A DNA stretch of 64,000 bases from Lingula anatina (Eukaryota > Animalia > Brachiopoda): the NCBI GenBank assembly GCA_051362555.1, contig CM120642.1, positions 186,001 to 250,000 of the forward strand, given 5' to 3'. Positions 38,790-50,493 of the stretch are shown here, in pieces; the stretch's first letter is position 1, and every line of letters begins with the position of its first letter. Made by a program: the position numbers and the translations under genes. Below the pieces are notes generated by a model. That model was not told the DNA's origin. It searched no databases and was given only the letters and a program-made list of their open reading frames with translations.

Positions 38790-40369
38790 CATCTGCTTGT
38801 TATTCGGCTACTGAAAGTGCACCTAAGTTTTATTCTTTGCTATTGCCACAAATTACTTAACAATTGCAACTGTATAAAGACCAAACTTTCTTCATCTGAT
38901 ACTATATTTATAGGCACTTGTTATGAGTGGGAAATATTTTTCGTGCAATATTTATTCTCCACACACCACCTCGCGAGATCAACGTGAAGCTGGACACTTA
39001 CACAGTGAGACCCTACGACATAAAAGTTGCAATTTATCTTCATATTTCGTGTAGTTATGCATTTAAAAGCACTTACCTGTTTTTTGAAAACCTTGTCCAA
39101 CGTAATATCATATAAATTCTGTATTTCTCTCATTTTTTAGAAACTTGGGACTCCGTTTCTGTTTCTGTCCTCAAAAATCAACAGACGAAGGCACAGATAC
39201 TAACAAACGAGATTTAAACGAGAGTAGCAATTAAGCGTAACAGAGATAGGCATCCATTGTTCTCTGGGTTCTATTCATTCCGACCAATGAGAGACCGTAA
39301 TACGGGCTCCGCCCCCACGCGTGTAATCTCCTTCTGTTATAACTCCTTGGTGTGGTACAGTCTGACATACACTTAACTAGGGCAGAGGCGAGTTTGGCAA
39401 TCGGGTTGTTTGTATTCTTTCTTAATTCTTCTTTTTTGTGACAAGAACTTAATTAACGTGAATTAGGCGCATTTATTGCATTTGTATTGAGATTACGTTT
39501 TGAACAAAGTGATCTGATTTTAGGCGTATGCCCCCCACTGGCGTTTACGAATCCAGTAATTGCAATATGGCGGACGCTTTACACAATCCTTTCTACACGC
39601 TGGCGATTCTGAGAATTAAAATACTACTGGCGATTTGCCGGATGCTGGTTCAATTTCCCTGGAAAATATACTTTTCGATGACTGTTTTTTGAAAGTGTAC
39701 CATTCATTTCCGTGTAGGGATATTAGTTTCAGCCCTGGAGACGTGAAAGTTTTGGGCCTCCCACCGGTAACTAGGGTGATGTAACACTGGAATTAAAAAT
39801 ACAGAGTAGTGTTTTTGATCATTTTCCAACGCCGATGTTGTGTTTTTTATTTGAATGTAGCCATTTAATGTTTTATTAGGCAAGTAAATAATCATCACTT
39901 GAGTACATCTTTAAATACCCATCATATTGAAGTGTATCGCAAATTTGGAGAAGCGTCATTTCTTTTCTACTGCCAGTGCTTCGCCAGCCTCAATCTCTGC
40001 TGCAGTAGGAGATGTCGTCTACACTGGCTTAAGCTCCCTGTAAAATCACTGACCAGCACTGTTCCTCGACGTTTATCGAACTGTTCTCCGTATTCAATGC
40101 AGTCCCCCACTTCCACCTTCAGAAGCCCGCCCATTTTTATCCGAAGATTGGGAAGTGCTACAGGCACATTAAAACTATTATTTATAGCTAAGCGTTATTT
40201 TTTACCAGAGTCGTTTATCTAACAGATATATGGGTTTGTTCATTGTGCGGCCATGACTACACAGACAAAAATCTCTGCTGCAGTGGAATTCTTGAGGTGA
40301 GGCGTATTTACATCACAGGCAGCAGTATGCTTCAATTTCTGAATCTCGTGGAGCAAAGCAGGCAGACTA

Positions 40370-40434
40370 AAGACAACTAGTAGTGCTTCGTCAAGATCTT
40401 GATATATGCTAGTAGAAAGGCGATTTTTTTTCAT
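40370..40434 (-). mobile_element. Possible pogo/Tigger CENP-B HTH scrap
   Basis: KKNRLSTSIYQDLDEALL resembles KR.R...Y.DLDEAL..WF; very short. Confidence 0.4.
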
Positions 40435-42223
40435 TGGTTAGAATAAAAGTACATGCATTACAATGACTACGAGGGGCATTTTACTTCAACTCAATGGATT
40501 GTCATCATAATACAGCAATTCTTATCAGTAAAATATTATTATTGTTATTATTATAATAATAATTATTATTCTTCTTCTTATTATTAACAGCTGTGACACT
40601 TACATTCTTCGCTTCTCGCGTGGTGTATATTTTATTAAATCAGGTTGTAAACAGGATATATTCTTACATTTTCCTGCCTTTCAAATCTCTGGACAATAGA
40701 GCGTACGTAGTTCTTTTCAGTGTTGACACTCTGGGTTGGCGGCTCCATTGAAGAAACTAGAATATATTGAAATTATTTAAATACAGCTGTCATCGCAGTA
40801 AAACTATTCCCCCTTGTTCTTTGACTCGATAGCCGAGAGTCAATCCTTGTAGGAGGAGAGAATATTTTGTGCATTTAATGAAGCAGGGTATATTTGATTT
40901 GAACTTATGCTGTTCCTTCTCAGTGGCTGAAACTCATGCAGCTGATGACTAATTTATCACTCTTCTGAATTTTGGAATAAACCCCTGTAGAATGAACCCC
41001 TTTTTTGCCCAAAAGTGTTGGATTGTTACTAATCAGCCCACCCGTCCTTTTATTACCATGTTTATTTCTAGAATCATTTATATTAAACAAATATATAACG
41101 CAATGCGTTTTACTGAACAAACTTACAATCTCTTTACTTTTTTGTTTAAATGATTTATCACCGGACAAAGGTTGACTTTCGAAAGAAAATAGTACATGGG
41201 CATGTACCAAAGATGTGCAAACACTTGCAGCGGCTTAACATGGACATTAAATCTCACCTGTCTGCAAGAACATTTAGCTAAACATGTTAATGTTCTGTAA
41301 TAAAAACAGCCACTTAATGGAAACATACCTGTAATTTTCTACTTTGTTTCTTCAGTAGTGAAATCGCCTCATCCCTGAGCTTTTCAGCGACCAAATATGC
41401 GCTATCAAAATACCGCCAGGTTATGAGTCGTGAATTCATTATCAAGTGATAGATTAGGTCGTCCTTAAAGGTACAAACTCCACTGACTTATCTATAAAAA
41501 GTGTTATCCGCAGGTCACATATTTTTTCATCAATAAGCTTTATATATAATTTAGTCAATGTGACATTGTGGTTGTTGAGACGTACTAGTCGTATGACGTC
41601 AACACAATGTATGCATTTCACACTCGTGTATGGTGCGGCTTGATTGTAGTCCAGAGTGATACTATGTGTAAATAATACATTAGACCCTTATAGTTCAATC
41701 TAGGTTTTCCGTATTTCTATAATTGTGCCAGGTTGCTTAAAACGTTATTTAAAGTGTTGTTAGTTTGTTAAATGCATTCATACGTCTGTGATCGAAACGT
41801 GCTATCTTAACTATGTCATGTAATTTTACATCGGAGTCTAGTTACTAATTATGAAGTTCAAGAACTCAACTTTTTGAAAGATATTTCAATGATATAGGGA
41901 AATGGCGTTTTTAATGAATGCTGAGATTTTCGTGACTTTATACCGGTCTTGCATTTGGCACACTCAATGTATCAAAATATAAGGTACAGGCGTCAAAACT
42001 GCCAGACACTGGCACCGACAGGAGACACACTAACCTTTTGATTGCTACATATTAAAACAAAGTACTTGTAATAGTAATAGCAGTATCAAGTAATATCATC
42101 AAGTGGACTAGCAGTTATATATATTGGCTCAAAGTAAACTTCCTGTCCTAAGTTTCTCATTTGACCCGTACGTAGGTGCAGCGCTGACACTGAGTGAGAG
42201 AGAAGCAACTGGACTGCAAAATA

Positions 42224-42525
42224 TCTGCTGGCTGATTGCAGTAGATGTGATCCACAGACACAATGTGGTAGGTGTATATAGCTTGTGAAGTATTAATTGT
42301 ACATGTCTGCTGACTGATTGCAGTAGATGTGATCCACAGACACAATGTGGTAGATGTATATAGCTTGTGAAGTATTTAATTGTACATGTCTGCTGACTGA
42401 TTGCAGTAGATGTGATCCACAGACACAATGTGGTAGGTGTATATAGCTTGTGGAGTATTAAATTGTGCATGTCTGCTGACTGATTGCAGTAGATGTGATC
42501 TACAGACACAATGTGGTAGGTGTAT
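42224..42525. repeat. Minisatellite, 82-83-bp unit, about 3.6 copies
   Basis: CTGATTGCAGTAGATGTG recurs at 42232, 42314, 42397 and 42480. Confidence 0.95.
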
Positions 42526-42840
42526 AATGTAGCATTTTTCAAAAAAGTCTCTTTTCTTGATGTTGTCTGAATTTTAACCATTGCAATTCATAAAGCCGAT
42601 TTTATGTTAGCCATTAAGAATAATGATATATCTAGAGAAATGAAAGACCTTAGTTGTATTTTTCCAATTTTCAACGTCTGTTAGATACAAGCACAATTAA
42701 GGGAGATTTATCTACCTCATCCAAACATTCACTCAACTTAACATACATCTGTACACACCCACATCTACACACACACAATCAAATGCTTCTAGCAAATACA
42801 TTTAAGTATTTTACGACATTTGCTTTAGTTGTCAGAAATG

Positions 42841-42885
<45 letters not shown>

Positions 42886-42949
42886 GTTGCGAATGCAAAA
42901 ACAGAATTTTCCGGTGGAGGTATAAACATTTATTTACACACGTCTTGAC

Positions 42950-45601
42950 ACAAAATGAGGATATCCTCTCCTAGCAACAAAACGGATGAAACCGTTAATA
43001 AATGAATCAGTCTCTAAACTGTCCAGAACTTCAATATGCACAGCCCTTGTTTTAAAACAAGTAAAGACACAGCCGTACCGTTTTGCCACCGCGCGGCCAA
43101 CCTTAACCTTAAGGGGGCCAACAAATCAACACCAACTACGTCAAAGGGGGGACCTCCACTTTGAGATCTCACGCCTGGTAAATCTGCCATATCATAGGTG
43201 ATGAGTACAATCGTTTGCAAACTACACACCTTTTCCCAACTTTTTTAACAATACTTCTGCAACCAACAATCCAGAATTTTCTGCGGATGTTGCTAAGAGT
43301 CCACTCGTTCCCCAAATGAGCGTCACCGTGAAATTCACGGACGATAAGATCAGAAACAACATGATCTTTCGGCAAAATCGGAGGTTGCTTGCATTCCATA
43401 AAAGAATGTACTAATCGACCGCCTACGACCAAAACGCCGTCACGCATGATTGGAGACAAGTTGTAAATCGCACTCGACTTAGAAACGCGGCCGGTCTTTA
43501 GCAAGTCTCTAATTTCGCCGGAGTATGCAGTCTTCTGGACCACTTTAATTATGCAAAGCTCCGCCTCTTTCAATTCAGTTGCTCTGATTTGACCCCTTTT
43601 CACGACTTTCGTATGCAAAAAAATCACGGAATCGAAGCAGCCACGCTACTGCCTTGCACAATCTGCAGTAGCTTGAAAATTGTTGAAAAAGTCTATCCAA
43701 AATAGACTCCCGTATCGCGCCATCATCAGCCGCTTCATCGACTTCAGACAAGTCAGTAAATTCACATGTTGCGATTAACGCGTCATCAGAAATATCGACC
43801 ATCTCAAACGCCGGCCAGTTAGACTTGTGGTCTTTCAAAAATTCCGGGCCTTCACGCCAGGTTTTTGGTATATCACATGAGTCACAACCGCGTGACAACA
43901 CATCGGCCGTGTTGACGTTTCCTGGGACATGACGCCATTGACTAGGGTCTGAATTTTCTCTAATCAGGGATACCCTATTTGCTACAAACGTCTTAAAACG
44001 CCTAGATTCATTTGAAATATAACCCAGGGCAACATTACTGTCGCTCCAGTAAGTTGTATGCATTAGGTCTTAATCGAGCTCGCGACGCACTAATGAATCA
44101 AGTTGAACTGCTGTGACACACGCCGACAGTTCCAGTCTGGGAATTGTTACTTGTTTCAATGGAGCGAGACGATTTTTAGAAGCTAATAATGCAACATGGA
44201 TTTTTCCGCCAGGATTGACTGAACGCACATATGCACAGGCTCCAAAAGCGTGCTGACTTGCATCACAGAATACGTGTAGATCTGATACTCCAGCTGAACA
44301 TTCCTCTGGAATGACACATCTCATAAACTTGAGATCTTTCAATTCCTCTAAAGATTGGATCCAGTCAATCCACGCGACAGATAATTCATGAGGAACGGAA
44401 TCGTCCCAATCTAATTTTAGTCTTGTCGCCTCCTGGAAAATCAATTTCCCATGTAAAACGACGGGAACAATCAAACCCAGTGGGTCATACATACTGGCCA
44501 CTACGCTCAGCATATTGCGTCTAGTAATCTCCTGACCTTTGTCAATTTTGAAAGTATAGTAAAAAACATCCAAATCAACTTCCCACATCATACCCAACGC
44601 TTTTGCATGCACCCCATGAGTCAGCTCTTTCACCTCAACTGCCCGATCTTCATGGGCAATAACATCTAACAGCTCAGAATCATTGACTACAAATTTGGTA
44701 AGTTTGAAACCCCCATCACGAAGAGCCCTTTTCACATCGACAATTACCTCAAGGGCATCTTCTTTTGTCTTCACAGACTTCAACATGTCGTCAATGTAAA
44801 AATTCCGCTGAACCGTCCCACGCACCAAATCAGTGACGTCATGATCCAACACAGTGCGCCTAAGCGCAAAACAACTAGCACTACCTGCCCATTTACCTCC
44901 AAACAGGTGGACGCACATACGATAATGCACGAGTGAGTCATTCTCCCACCATGAGAAGCGTAAAGCATTTCTGTCCTTTTCTGGAACTATGACTTGGTAG
45001 TACATACATTCAATATCCGCCATTATGGCACATCTAAATTGACGGAAACGCAAAAGTATGCCAATCAGCGTATTTGTCAAGTCGGGGCCCTGCAAACACT
45101 GGTCATTGAGACTGACTCCTTGACACTTACAGGCACAATCAAACACAATGCGCAGTTTGTCAGGCTTAGATGGGCTCGTGACACAATGGTGAGGGATATA
45201 CCAAACAGATTCGTTGCGCCAAACAATTTCTTTTTCAGGGACCTTCTCAGCGTAACCCTCGCTGAGCAATTTCTTCATGTTCTCATCATACCTGTTGAAC
45301 ATATCATCCCTTCTAAGTCTACGCTCCAACCCCTTTAGGCGATGGAGAGCAACGGAGTAATTGTCAGGGAAATTAGGCACACCTTCCGTCCAGGGAATAG
45401 GGAGGACGTAATGGTCATTTTCCTTGGAAACTGAGTTTTCCCACAATGAAAGAACCTTACGGTCATCCTGTGAAATTGAAAAATCATCATTTCCCACTTC
45501 CATTTTCCACAGATTTTCAACCTTTTCTTCAATAGACACAAAGTTGGCTGAAACGTCAGCGGTATCTGACATAAGGAAAGAGGGACCGTTAAGACTCCAT
45601 C
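42950..45601 (-). mobile_element. BEL/Pao retrotransposon internal pol fragment (RT, RNaseH, integrase N-half)
   Basis: WYIPHH, LRIVFD, FYIDD, YDPLG, HVFCDAS, TIPRLEL, YWSDS, HVPG.VNTAD, H..H..C..C zinc finger, VGVD.FGP; one in-frame TAA at 44070 and a few frameshifts; no LTRs seen. Confidence 0.97.
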
Positions 45602-46028
45602 TATTATTATAAAAAAGTCAAATTTAATCCGCCATCCAAAGTGGCTAGACACCCAGAGGCACAAAAATTCGGCCTTTTCTGCGGTCCTGATGATTTTGTA
45701 GAACTGCATTCCTATTTTATTCACAATTCATTTTACCAGTATAAACTGACTGCTCTTTCGAATTTACATATTCGCGAAAAAAACAGCTGGATTTAATTTG
45801 TCTGTTTCTTTCGCGTTTTATTGATATCCATCAATTATTCCAATACCGTAACATGTAGCATTATAGCAATACTTATTTTCGTTTTCTTTTATATTATGAG
45901 CCTGCATAATGATTATTATAATCATGTTACCTCTTAAAATACAGATAAAGCAAAATAAATAAATAAATAAATAAAAATAATAATAAGGCTGGATCCGGCT
46001 TGTCACCAATTTATACAATGTCAATGAG

Positions 46029-46179
46029 CATGGGTGTCCGCAGGGGGGTGGTCAAGGGAGTCACTTTTTGGAATTTTGGAATTTTGGAACTGCATTTTAT
46101 TGCGGGTACCCAGCCAATCATTATCTCCCCCTTCAATGATTTTGCCCCCACCCTGGAAAATTTTCTGCGGACGCCCATG
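46029..46179. mobile_element. hAT-type MITE
   Basis: TIR CATGGGTGTCCGCAG / CTGCGGACGCCCATG; perfect 8-bp duplication TCAATGAG. Confidence 0.92.
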
Positions 46180-46330
46180 TCAATGAGAAATTACCATTTA
46201 CTACTTTAAAGCAGGACTATCAAAGAAATACAATATTATCTACAAAATTATCACATTGGTATATTTAGAGGGGTACTTTTAGACAAGATTAAAAATCAAT
46301 CACTGCCTCCTCCATATATAACAAACTTAA

Positions 46331-46666
46331 AGGGCTAATAACTCTTTGTTTTGGTCAAAAAATGAATTTTCCTGGAGTAAACAACAATTTTCCCATACTT
46401 ACCGATGGTTAATGAATCCATTTTTACATTCAAAATTAGTCCCTGGATTTTTTCTAAAAAGTTTGGTTTTTTGTTAAAATCTCTTAAGAGATTATAACAG
46501 AGTATAGCCATCAGTGGAAGTCACGTGATCTGAAGACAAGCTCAGATATCAGAATAATAGCTATAACTGCTGTTTTCGTCGTAAAACATAATATTTTATA
46601 TTTCTATGAGTTATTCACAATATTTTTTTGTGAAATATAGATTTCGTACGAAGAGTTATTATCCCT
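46331..46666. mobile_element. Kolobok-type MITE
   Basis: TIR AGGGCTAATAACTCTT / AAGAGTTATTATCCCT; TTAA on both flanks. Confidence 0.82.
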
Positions 46667-46853
46667 TTAATAGTGTCAGGTTTGATTCATTATCGACACC
46701 ATATTTTTATGCAATTAGTGACATAGATAGAATGTGCTGAATCACAATATGGTTACTGTGTCAGTGTTTTGCACTATTCAATTCATTTGGACACCCGACT
46801 TTGGTTTAATGTACAGCATACTTGATTGGCATTAGGGCCTAATGTAAAAGTTC

Positions 46854-47009
46854 CTATTTTGGCTCCGAATTAAACAATCTTCCAAAGAAACTACGGGCTT
46901 TCAAACCTAGTGCATACTTTGCATTCTTCTTTGCTTCTGATTTGGCATGTTTTAGCTCCATATCCGTTATACCCAGAGTCGTACGTAGTTGTTCATTTTC
47001 TTTGGAAAG
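46854..47009 (-). CDS. GBP: GBP-like gene C, terminal coding exon
   Basis: TTGTAG acceptor, phase 0; LSKENEQLRTTLGITDMELKHAKSEAKKNAKYALGLKARSFFGRLFNSEPK* (TAG 46856-46854). Confidence 0.72.
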   Translation of the reverse strand, partial: LSKENEQLRTTLGITDMELKHAKSEAKKNAKYALGLKARSFFGRLFNSEPK

Positions 47010-47756
47010 CTACAATTAGAATATATATCAACATTAAACCGCACTGTCTCAGCACTGGGTTACTCAATTGAAAATTAAAGATACTTATCAAACATTCGCA
47101 AAATTATTATCCATAAACATACACTTATATACTTTACCTGATGGTTTTACAATTCACGGTGAAATCGAAATAAATAAGTATAGGACGTTGTTACAGATAG
47201 TGAGTGCTTAACACCTGTCTATGTGAATTAATTCAATATATTAAGTCTTCGTGCATGCAACGCTTTGTAAGAGGATTCAAATGAAAGTTCTCTCTTATCT
47301 TATTTGGAATGCTGGAGTACCTCTTTTACTGCCCGACTCTCTAAATATTGAAGAAACGCTTGCAAAAGCAGTTCATATTTTTGTTCTTGAGCCTACAATA
47401 AAAAAATATATATATATATATATATATATATCTTTCAAAATGAAATCGGATAGTCAACGTGTCGGGTACTGCATATCGGTTACAGAGAAACATCGTATGC
47501 CATCATGTTCAAAACTGTTCGCAGAACGTCACTCTATAAACACATATTTTAGTTGTACATGCAAGTCTCTAGGGATGGAGACGGTGACTGTTGGTATTTA
47601 CTTATGAAGCAATACATGTGGAACTTAACGACTTATATGTCGTTTTACCTGAAGGGTTTTCAATTGAGTATAATTTAGCATTCATAGGGAAATGCTAATT
47701 TCCACAAAAAATTCTATGCTAAATAGAGGTCACCAGTGTACACCTCTACCACAAAC

Positions 47757-47843
47757 CTTTGTCAGTTGAGCAGCATTATCTTCCTCTAGTTTCTGTATTC
47801 TCCCCATTAGCCTTCTTCTTTCATTGTCATTTTCCTCTTTTTG
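47757..47843 (-). CDS. GBP: GBP-like gene C, penultimate exon (coiled coil)
   Basis: 87-bp phase 0-0 exon, TTTCAG/GTTTGT; QKEENDNERRRLMGRIQKLEEDNAAQLTK. Confidence 0.72.
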
Positions 47844-48293
47844 CTGAAATATGGTCGAAATTGGAATATCATTAAAATACAATTTATTATTCACATAAAT
47901 TCAATTCTGCACATAACACCCACAATTCACGCTTTTATTTATTATTTTCTGAGAGAACAGTTTCATTAGCTCTGTATGTATACATTCAAATTCTTGTTTT
48001 TCTTTTTATCAAGAGCTTGTAAAATATGTGTGTATTACCTCCAATATTTCTGTGACTGTCAGTCACCATCATCAGGGAGTAAATGACTAGGGTCATTTCA
48101 CCTGGAATGAAAATCCAGGTCAATTGCCCCTAATTACTGGCCTTGTGTTGTAACTGTTACATCCTCCCCCGGGGCTCCTCTGCATCCTTCTGATGGTGAC
48201 TGACAGTCACAGAAATATTGATTTGTGTAGCTTACATGTATGACAGGATAGAGTTTGTGTAGCTTATTAATCGACAGGATAGAATTTTGTGTG

Positions 48294-49116
48294 AGATAAT
48301 ACACTGTCACCCGAGCGATATATGCCATAACACCTCGAGCGTTAGCGAGAGGTGTTCATGGCGTATATCGCGAGAGGGTGACAGTGTATTATTTGACATA
48401 CATACCGAGAAAAAATACAGTCATTTCATGCTAAATACTTGTCATGGACGTTCAACTGGCGTGAAAAGTATTAAATCAATCGTCGACACTGACCGTGCGC
48501 TTCTCAGCTGAGCCACACCTAGCTGGGCCTGCTGCAGAAGGCAAAACCTCTACTTTTCAGTGACATTTCTGATAAACAAGGAGCGTCAGACCGGAATATA
48601 GTCAATCTAATTTTTCACAAGTGCAAAGGAGAAAGAAATTTACTTTTTGGTGATATTTCTGACGACGAGGCTGTTTCGGAATATAGTCAAAATCAGACGG
48701 ATGTTTGTTACAAGTTCACGGGAGTAATAATTCTAGTTTTTATTGTTATTTCTGACGACGAGGCGGTTACAGAATATAGTCAAAATTAAACGGATGTTTA
48801 ATCCAAGTCCACAGGTGTAATAATTCTACGTTTTGGTGACATTTTTTACTACGTGGCGATTTCGGAATATACATGTGCTGGTTTTCAGAGCATGGAGCAT
48901 ACTACATGTAATTACAAGCTCAAAGGGGGAATATGTTTGATTTTTAACCGATAAATCTGATAAAGAGGAAGAATGAACAGCTTTAAAAAAAGGTAAATAA
49001 CACAACCCTCGTTAAAAAGTTATAGATTTACAAATAATTTCTATGCACGTGTAGCTTAAATGTAAACTAATTCCCATTTTCAAACCATACCCATATGATA
49101 TGACTTAGTGTAATAA
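48294..49116. mobile_element. Hairpin-headed non-autonomous repeat (Crypton-like, tentative)
   Basis: ~100-bp palindrome ATAATACACTGTCACCC...GGGTGACAGTGTATTAT with CGAGCGTTAGCGAG centre; ~90-bp internal tandem units at 48550-48870; ends GTGTAATAAA. Confidence 0.5.
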
Positions 49117-49126
49117 AGTTATAAAT

Positions 49127-49347
49127 AATAATTGTTAAACGTGAAATGTTTATGCTAATTTTTCAAAAGTGTGAAAGATTTTTAATTTGTCTACTGGTCG
49201 CAATCAACGTCACAATTCTCTTGATGCCAAGTAATAATTGTTAAACGTGAAAGGTTTATGCAAAATTTTTAAGAGTGTGAGAGATTTTAAATGTGTCTAC
49301 TGGTAAATATATAACGCAAGCAACATCACAATTCTCTAGATGCCAAG
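49127..49347. repeat. Tandem duplication, ~106-bp unit x2
   Basis: AATAATTGTTAAACGTGAAA...CACAATTCTC.TGATGCCAAG repeated. Confidence 0.88.
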
Positions 49348-50392
49348 AAGGTCACATGATCAATCTGTCTTTGACTTCCAGCATTTAGTGACCTCGACTG
49401 ATTTAACCAAGATGTAGTCGTGAAATTCTAGACTACATCGAGGTTAAATCCGAGTTTTCCGAGAGACGCTACGCAAAAATATCGAGTGAAGCGAGATATT
49501 TTTGGGTAGCGGCTCGAGGTTGCACTCGATCATCACTGAAGCTTGTCTAAATGGACAGGCTTCAGTGATCATCATAACGCTACGGTCACATAACATCCCT
49601 AGTTATGTATGTGTAGCTAACGTAGTGAGAAGATAAAATTTGTGTAGCATATGTTGTTAAATTGACACAATTAATTTTTTGTAGATTTCGTTGTCAAATT
49701 ACGGAAAAGAAATTGTGTAGCTTATGTTGTTAGATGATATAATTAGTAGTTATTAGTGATATTGGAATTTTTGAAAAGCTTTGTGTATGATTGAGTGAGA
49801 GTTGGAAAGATAGTGACACGTGTTAGACGGGACTTGTTGCAAGACGCGAACTGGTCGGAACATATTAAAGTGATATTTTATTTTCACTGTTGTTACATAC
49901 TCGTGGCAATTCAGTAAATATTTTCAGTTTACAATGCATTTTAGTACTTTAGAGACATTTTGTATTAAATTTCTGTTGCGATACTACAACTGCAGAGACA
50001 TTGTGAACCACGTGTACTGAGTAGTAATCGGACAGACCACGTGTAATTACAGGCCCGTGCGCCTAGAGCCTTATGTTGTAATTAGAATACAGAACATAAT
50101 TTAGTGAGTTTATTTACAAAGAAAAGCATTTATTTGAAATAAAGGTTTCAAATTTGTGTTATTCACTGACTTGCTGAATGAAGGAGTGAGTGTGAATTGT
50201 TTATTGTATATTTTTATCAATATTGCAATAGCATATATTGATAGAGTACTATTCTACCTTGTTCGTCTGTGTTGAAAGTGTTTCATCATAGGTGTACATG
50301 TGAGTAGGTTGAATAGTGTGAGAGATTTGTTTGTATTTACTGTGAAGTTTAGTAGTGGCTTTTTGCTGAAACTTTCTTCAAACAGTAAAGTG

Positions 50393-50403
50393 TGGCAGCG
50401 GTG
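50393..50403 (+). promoter_or_regulatory. Primer-binding site, complementary to tRNA-Leu 3' end
   Basis: TGGCAGCGGTG is the reverse complement of CACCGCTGCCA; lies between the putative LTR end and the gag ATG. Confidence 0.65.
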
Positions 50404-50493
50404 AAAGTATTTTATTGTATAGTTTTTGTGGCATTGCTGCATTGCTATTATCAATAAAATTGTGTAATAGATTGTGAGAAACTGGAAGTGAAA

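Noticed and set aside
42224-42525. CRISPR-like periodicity
   Set aside because: The whole unit repeats, with no unique spacers and no cas genes; eukaryotic context
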